IMG/VR virus record: IMGVR_UViG_2788500352_000001 | DNA: 20,000 bases | DNA from: an uncultured virus (IMG/VR IMGVR_UViG_2788500352_000001) | Taxonomy: Duplodnaviria > Heunggongvirae > Uroviricota > Caudoviricetes | Reading direction: 5' to 3' (one strand) | Shown: one piece after another, positions 15,375 through 20,000 of the stretch | How the letters are laid out: each line of letters begins with the position of its first letter | Position numbering within the stretch: the first letter of the stretch is position 1 | The notes under the pieces: generated by a model | Database searches by the model: none | The model's input: only the letters and a program-made list of their open reading frames with translations | Told to the model about the DNA's origin: nothing | Translations under genes and position numbers: made by a program

Positions 15375-16554
15375 GTTAAAAACTCCAATTACCTCAAAAA
15401 AGTTAGCCGCACTTAAGCCGCGCCAAAAGCGCTACTCAATCGCGGTTGGTTACGGGCTGTCTTTAAAAGTTCAGCCATCAGGCACTAAGTCCTGGGTACT
15501 GCGAATCTGCACACTCGGCCGTGTAGCCGACTTGGCCATCGGCCACTTCCCTGAAATGTCCCTGGCCGAAGCAAAGCAAATCGCCCGCAGAAAGCGGAAA
15601 GAGCTGGGCCAGGAGCCGCCTCTTGGCTACACCCTCAAAGATGCTTTCCACTTATGGTGCAATTTAAAAAAGGGGAGAATCACGAGCTACGCTGACGAAC
15701 GACGAAGGCTCGAGAAGTACGTCATTGGTCCTCTGGGGAATCGCCAAATTGACGAAATCACCGCGCCGCTCATGATCCAAATCGTTCGGCCAATTGAAAC
15801 CGCCGGACACAGAGCAACACTCAAGCGCGTCATCATGCGGGTGCGCGAAATCCTAGACTTAGCGGTATGTGCCGGCTACATTCAGCACAATCCAATTGAT
15901 CGCCTAAACCGCATCTTCGCCCCGCCAGTCACTCGCCCCATGCCGGCCCTTCCATGGCAGGAGCTCGAATCAATCATGGCTGTCATAGCCGCCGCCCCGA
16001 CCAGGCTACAAATCTTGTTTCTTTGGTCGCTATGCTCAATGCTGCGGCCAGGCGAAACTGCAAAGCTCAGGAAAGACTGGATTAAAGACGAAACGCTGAC
16101 CATTCCCGGAGACCAGATGAAAAAGCGCCGGCCTCACAGGGTTCCACTAACAAATTTCATGCTCCGTCTACTGGCGGAGGAACACAAACTCTCACCTCAC
16201 CCGAAAAATGCCTTTGTCTTTTCAGGCATGCGGCCAAACGAGCACATGTCAAGCCAGAAGCTTGCCAAGTACCTTCATCAGACAACCCTTTCAGGAAAAC
16301 TCGTTGCTCACGGACTGCGGTCAATCGCCAGGAGCTGGCTGGCAGACCACGCCATCCCGTTTGAAGTTGCGGAATCATGCCTCTCTCACGTGTCCGGGAG
16401 TCAAGTTTCACGCGCTTACCAAAGGTCTGATTATTTGGAGGCAAGACGCCCCGTCATGGACGCGTGGTGCTCTTATGTATACGGCTGTGCCCTGAGAGCC
16501 GGTCTTCTTCCACACATTATCAGCGCCAATGAGGAGGCCAAAGAAAAGTCTTAG
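15373..16554 (+). CDS. Tyrosine recombinase, putative shufflon invertase
   Basis: P4-integrase-like with arm domain (GLSLKVQPSGTKSWVLR); catalytic LRPGE, HGLR, LSH, AYQR; ends 70 bp from the first CCGGACAT site. Confidence 0.88.
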   Translation: MLKTPITSKKLAALKPRQKRYSIAVGYGLSLKVQPSGTKSWVLRICTLGRVADLAIGHFPEMSLAEAKQIARRKRKELGQEPPLGYTLKDAFHLWCNLKKGRITSYADERRRLEKYVIGPLGNRQIDEITAPLMIQIVRPIETAGHRATLKRVIMRVREILDLAVCAGYIQHNPIDRLNRIFAPPVTRPMPALPWQELESIMAVIAAAPTRLQILFLWSLCSMLRPGETAKLRKDWIKDETLTIPGDQMKKRRPHRVPLTNFMLRLLAEEHKLSPHPKNAFVFSGMRPNEHMSSQKLAKYLHQTTLSGKLVAHGLRSIARSWLADHAIPFEVAESCLSHVSGSQVSRAYQRSDYLEARRPVMDAWCSYVYGCALRAGLLPHIISANEEAKEKS

Positions 16555-16624
16555 CCCAAACCACAGGGGGCAGCCACCAGTATTCAGCCCCCTATCTTCT
16601 GATGATTTATAGACAGTTTGGGCA

Positions 16625-16861
16625 CCGGACATAACAGGATCGATCATCCCAAAAAACACAACAGACGACACCGTAGATGGCTCATTTAACGGCGCTTTCT
16701 ATAAATTATCTAGCGGCGGCAAGGGAGCATGGTCTGTCGATGATTCAGAAAATGCTCAGTATGGGCTCGGCTTCCGAGCTGGGTATTCAGACTCGACTTA
16801 CGGCCAGTCAAGCGGTGTGTCCGTCCCGGCATGCTATGCCTTGATAATCATTAGCGTGTAA
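16625..16861 (+). other. Silent cassette 1
   Basis: PDITGSIIPKNTTDDTVDGSFNGAFYK...YGQSSGVSVPACYALIIISV*; open frame, no start codon. Confidence 0.9.
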
Positions 16862-17073
16862 GCCGCCGGAACAGATACCCCGGAAGTGCGGCCGTAGACA
16901 CTGCTCGAATCGGATGCCGTAAAAACCAGTCGTCCGGGAACAGTCTCAGCCACGCTATCTAAGTGCGATGAATAGGCGTCTTTGGTAGCCTTTTCCACTG
17001 AGAAAACTCCTGTACTTTTGCGTGTAGGCACGTACTCTATGCCTCTGACCTCCGTATACCCGCTGATGTCCGG
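16834..17073 (-). other. Silent cassette 2
   Basis: PDISGYTEVRG...YGRTSGVSVPAAYTLMIIKA*. Confidence 0.9.
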
Positions 17074-17292
17074 CCGGACATCATTGGTGAATTTGACGTT
17101 GGGCACGCTGAATTACAATATACAAGCGGCGCTTTTTCTCTCATAGCCAAAGAGCAATCAAATTACGGTGTAGACAAATATCAACACCGAAAAATTGTTA
17201 AGTTTATGGCTTCTTCCGAAAACTCAATATATGGAAGATCTAACAATGTCAACGTCCCGTCAGCCTACGCCCTGATGATTATCAAAGTGTAA
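17074..17292 (+). other. Silent cassette 3
   Basis: PDIIGEFDVGHAELQYTSGAFSL...YGRSNNVNVPSAYALMIIKV*. Confidence 0.9.
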
Positions 17293-17492
17293 GAAGCGGG
17301 TACTTGCACCGTTGATGAGTTTCCGTAGATGCCATTCGACTTGGAAGCCGAAAAACCTAAAACAGTTGCTCTTATGGAGGAATCTTGGCAATGAGTATCA
17401 GCGTTCCCTTGGGATACTGCATAGAACGCCCCTTTGTGGTCAGTTGTCATTAAGGGATAGCCGCCGATTTGTACAGTGCCAGTTATGTCCGG
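17265..17492 (-). other. Silent cassette 4
   Basis: PDITGTVQIGGYPLMTTDHKGAFY...YGNSSTVQVPASYTLIIIRA*. Confidence 0.9.
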
Positions 17493-17725
17493 ACATAACG
17501 GGCACTGCTAATTATTTATCCGTTGGGTTAACTTTCGATGCTAAGCCTCATCCAACCGGGGCTTTCTATTGTCCCAATGTCTCTGCCAATGGGGGTGTTG
17601 CTGGGGATTCTCTTTGGCGAATGGATAGTTTTCAGTTCGCTGCCAGATGGTCCAGCTCGACATATGGAAACTCCTCAGGTGTTTCTGTTTCCGCTTGTTA
17701 TGCCTTGATAATAATTAAGACATAG
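17489..17725 (+). other. Silent cassette 5
   Basis: PDITGTANYLSV...YGNSSGVSVSACYALIIIKT*. Confidence 0.9.
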
Positions 17726-17946
17726 TAAGCTGGCACAGATACCGTACTGGCACGCCCGAAAATATAGTTACCTTGAGATGCCTCAATATCAATTTTGGCT
17801 CGGTAGTGGCTGCTACCTTTAGAGGCATATTGTGAATACGGATTATTCTCCGCTGCCACAGAATAGGAGCACACGCCACCAGCCCAAAAGATAACGCCAT
17901 TATTTTCTGTATTCGTATCGCAGAGCAATGTACCAGTTATCTGTCC
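17698..17946 (-). other. Silent cassette 6 (degenerate site)
   Basis: GQITGTLLCD...FGRASTVSVPAYYVLIIIKA*; begins GGACAGATAAC rather than CCGGACATAAC. Confidence 0.85.
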
Positions 17947-18168
17947 CCGGACATAACCGGAGAATTTCCGAATAATGACGCCGAGTATGACAAATATTAC
18001 GCAGGAGCTTTTTGGACAGGCACTCCATTTGAAGGAGGTTATTCCGATGACCCTCAATCAAAAGGAAAGACCGGCCGATTTAAAGCATCGTGGGCCAGTT
18101 CCATTTATGGATATAACTCAGACGTTTTGGTTGATGCGCTTTATGTCTTAATAATAATTAAAACGTAA
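17947..18168 (+). other. Silent cassette 7
   Basis: PDITGEFPNNDAEYDKYYAGAFWTG...YGYNSDVLVDALYVLIIIKT*. Confidence 0.9.
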
Positions 18169-18370
18169 ACGGCATCCACGGTTACTCCGGAGTAGATGCG
18201 GCCATAAGTCGCTACTGATCGTGAGGCTCTGAATGACCTCCATAACGAGTGGTATACCCCCGCCTGCATAATTTGACGAACCTTCACCGGAACTATCAGC
18301 AAAAGCCCCGGCTAACGCTCCTGTCTGATTAAGTCCAGATATAAGGCTTCCTGTTATACGTAATGTCCGG
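18141..18370 (-). pseudogene. Cassette 8, frameshifted
   Basis: 230 bp. The CCGGACATTAC site is out of frame with ITGSLISG..GAFADS; a second shift near C5 (18257-18261) leads to ..SFRASRS..YG..GVTVDAVYVLIIIKT*. Confidence 0.8.
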
Positions 18371-18600
18371 ACATCAGTGGAACTTGGGGCTCCGCTTTCG
18401 AAGCCGATAACAGCGGGTGGCAGTCCACAGGGGCCGTGTATTCAGCAAAAACTGGTTCATTGAGTATGGAGATTCCCGGCTTCTCTGAGACGAGAGAATT
18501 TATACGTAGATCTTTTCGTGCCTCTCGTTATAGCGGCTATTACGGAGCATCAGGAGTATCAGTTGATGCCACCTATGTCTTGATGATCATCAAAGCATAG
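18367..18600 (+). other. Silent cassette 9
   Basis: PDISGTWGSAFEADNSGWQSTGAVYS...YGASGVSVDATYVLMIIKA*. Confidence 0.9.
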
Positions 18601-18794
18601 AGAGCATCAACACTAACCCCGTTAGACCGACCGAAGTATCCACTGACCAGGCTTGCGGACAAGTGAATGCCAGGCGTTTTTCCTAAAACAGGCGAATTGA
18701 TGTGGCTGGCGGAATATGACGTTGACGTATACAACGCTCCGGAAGTTTTTTCTGTACCTCCGCTCACAAGGCTAATACTGCCAGTGATGTCCGG
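18573..18794 (-). other. Silent cassette 10
   Basis: PDITGSISLVSGG...FGRSNGVSVDALYALMIIKT*. Confidence 0.9.
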
Positions 18795-19021
18795 ACATAA
18801 GTGGTTATGCAACATCCGGCATTATTTGGAAAAGCGCCTGGAGGACCTACGGTGCCCTCTGGACAGAAGACTCGGGAAACAGTGACAAAAAGTCCGTAGC
18901 GCCCGGGCCGGATCCGATTGTTAACGTCCGGATGCGTGCCGGCGCGTATGACAGTACGTATGGAAGATCGTCATCTGTGTCTGTCGCCGCGGCTTATGTT
19001 CTGATGATAATCAAGGAATAG
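18791..19021 (+). other. Silent cassette 11
   Basis: PDISGYATSGIIWKSAWRTYGALWT...YGRSSSVSVAAAYVLMIIKE*. Confidence 0.9.
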
Positions 19022-19801
19022 GCCGCAGGAACGGAGACAGATGATGAATTTCCGTACACATTATTTGAATAATGGGCGGCAAAATTTAAAGCATAGTCAT
19101 CACCGTAGCGGCCCCATCCGCATGAAAAATCAACCTTTTTTCCACGATTAAAGCAACCGGAATATATAGCACCACTAGAAAAATGAAAGCCACCAGAATC
19201 ACCATTGAAGTTTGGTGAAAAAGAACCCGTGATGTCCGGTAACCCAGCACTTACGTAGCTACCGAGGTTTCCCGTGTTGGTTGTGCCCAACACATGCCTA
19301 CCATTGAAATTAGGCAAATTAAACGTGGTAGAGCCGTTGCCTGATCCATACCGGGTACCAATGGCCGCAAACAACTTGGCATAGGTCGTTCTGGAGACCG
19401 CTGCACCGTTACATAAAAGCCAACCGTCAGGGATCGTGCTGCCGGCAATCATTTTGTAATCACCGGGCTGAGCCCCTTCGCTCACTGTGATGTCAATCAC
19501 CTGATCGACATCACCGTTGTATTCGCCGACCTTTACGCCGTTCACATTGACAGTGAGCTTTTTCTGCTGAATGTCGACTGCGACCGCCTTGCTGCCGTCA
19601 TAATCCCCCAGCTTCGTGCCATTTCTCTTAATCGTCAGTGCATACGGACTCTTGAGGCTCGTCGGAATCTTCGGAAGCGTTACGTTATACGTAGCCTTAT
19701 TGCTCCCGTCATACGTCACCTTCGTCACACCGCCGATCTGCAAAGTAAGCGCCTGAGGATTTTTCAGCGACTTCGGAGTGCCGCTCAAATCCGAATAATT
19801 C
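18994..19801 (-). CDS. Tail fibre with tail-collar domain (5' end lost at N19802); currently fused to cassette 12 (18994-19239)
   Basis: Three LT....G....Y[DN]G repeats; collar motif PDGWLLCNGAAVSRTTYAKLFAAIGTRYGSGNGSTTFNLPN; then GLPDITG...YSLIIIRT*. The frame stays open (NYSDLSGTP) up to the N. Confidence 0.92.
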
Positions 19802-19802
19802 N

Positions 19803-20000
19803 TGGATCGACATCCGGATCGGTGGCCGTGTAGGTCATCACTGCCGGATTTGTGCTTTTCCCGGATACCGGTCGCAGGTTGAAGTCATAACCGCCCGCCT
19901 TTTGCTTGGTTTTCTGTTTCGGGTCCCGGTAGGACACCGTACAGGTGCGGTATGACTCGCTCTGAGCACTCTCAAATTCCCAAGAAATGACCTGCGATGT
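19803..20000 (-). CDS. Internal fragment of a probable baseplate hub / late control D-like protein
   Basis: Open frame TSQVISWEFESAQSESYRTCTVSYRDPKQK...TYTATDPDVDP; resembles gpD-like proteins; bounded by the N and the window edge. Confidence 0.5.

Larger units (their letters stand above)
16625..19239. other. Tail-fibre shufflon: 12 C-terminal cassettes in 6 putative invertible segments
   Basis: Alternating-strand CCGGACAT sites. Cassettes read PDI[TSI]G...GA[FLVI]...[YF]G.S..V.V.A.Y.L[IM]II[KRS].stop, homologous to the tail-fibre C-terminus. Confidence 0.93.

Noticed and set aside
16834..18885. Track ORFs in the array as independent genes
   Set aside because: Their starts are incidental and usually lie in the antisense of the neighbouring cassette. 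Homology begins at PDI.
16625..19239. Diversity-generating retroelement or CRISPR array as the explanation for the repeats
   Set aside because: No reverse transcriptase in the window and no adenine-specific TR/VR pair. The repeats alternate strand and bound ~230-bp coding cassettes rather than short spacers.
16616..19292. TTGGGCAC near both outer shufflon sites and in cassette 3 as accessory sites
   Set aside because: The motif is short and its spacing to the crossover sites is inconsistent, so it may be chance.
19788..19803. TTG 19788 as the tail-fibre start, or a fusion with the sequence beyond
   Set aside because: The frame is open up to N19802 and the sequence beyond looks like a different gene. 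Intervening baseplate genes are probably lost in a gap.

Overview
Temperate phage DNA from a Gram-negative host (it encodes Rz/Rz1-type spanins). The left part holds a cro/cI switch and a + strand early operon: small peptides, a YqaJ nuclease with a putative annealing protein, an excisionase, and a P1/P7-like c4 antisense RNA upstream of a Rha-family gene. The middle has two low-GC accessory genes, then two divergent P4-type integrases flanking a putative att core. Strand logic suggests the window spans attP of a single phage. The right part (- strand) is the end of the late region: tail fibre, DUF4376-like fibre-assembly protein, holin, M15 endolysin and spanins. The lysis block appears twice across a single N and is probably an assembly overlap of two haplotypes. 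The main finding is a tail-fibre shufflon at 16625-19239: 12 alternative C-terminal tips (72-82 aa) in 6 segments, bounded by CCGGACAT sites and next to a third tyrosine recombinase. Each segment carries two tips that overlap tail-to-tail by exactly 28 bp of quasi-palindromic DNA encoding the same Y-x-L-[IM]-I-I-[KRS]-x-stop motif on both strands. Family assignments come from motif recognition by eye, not database searches.
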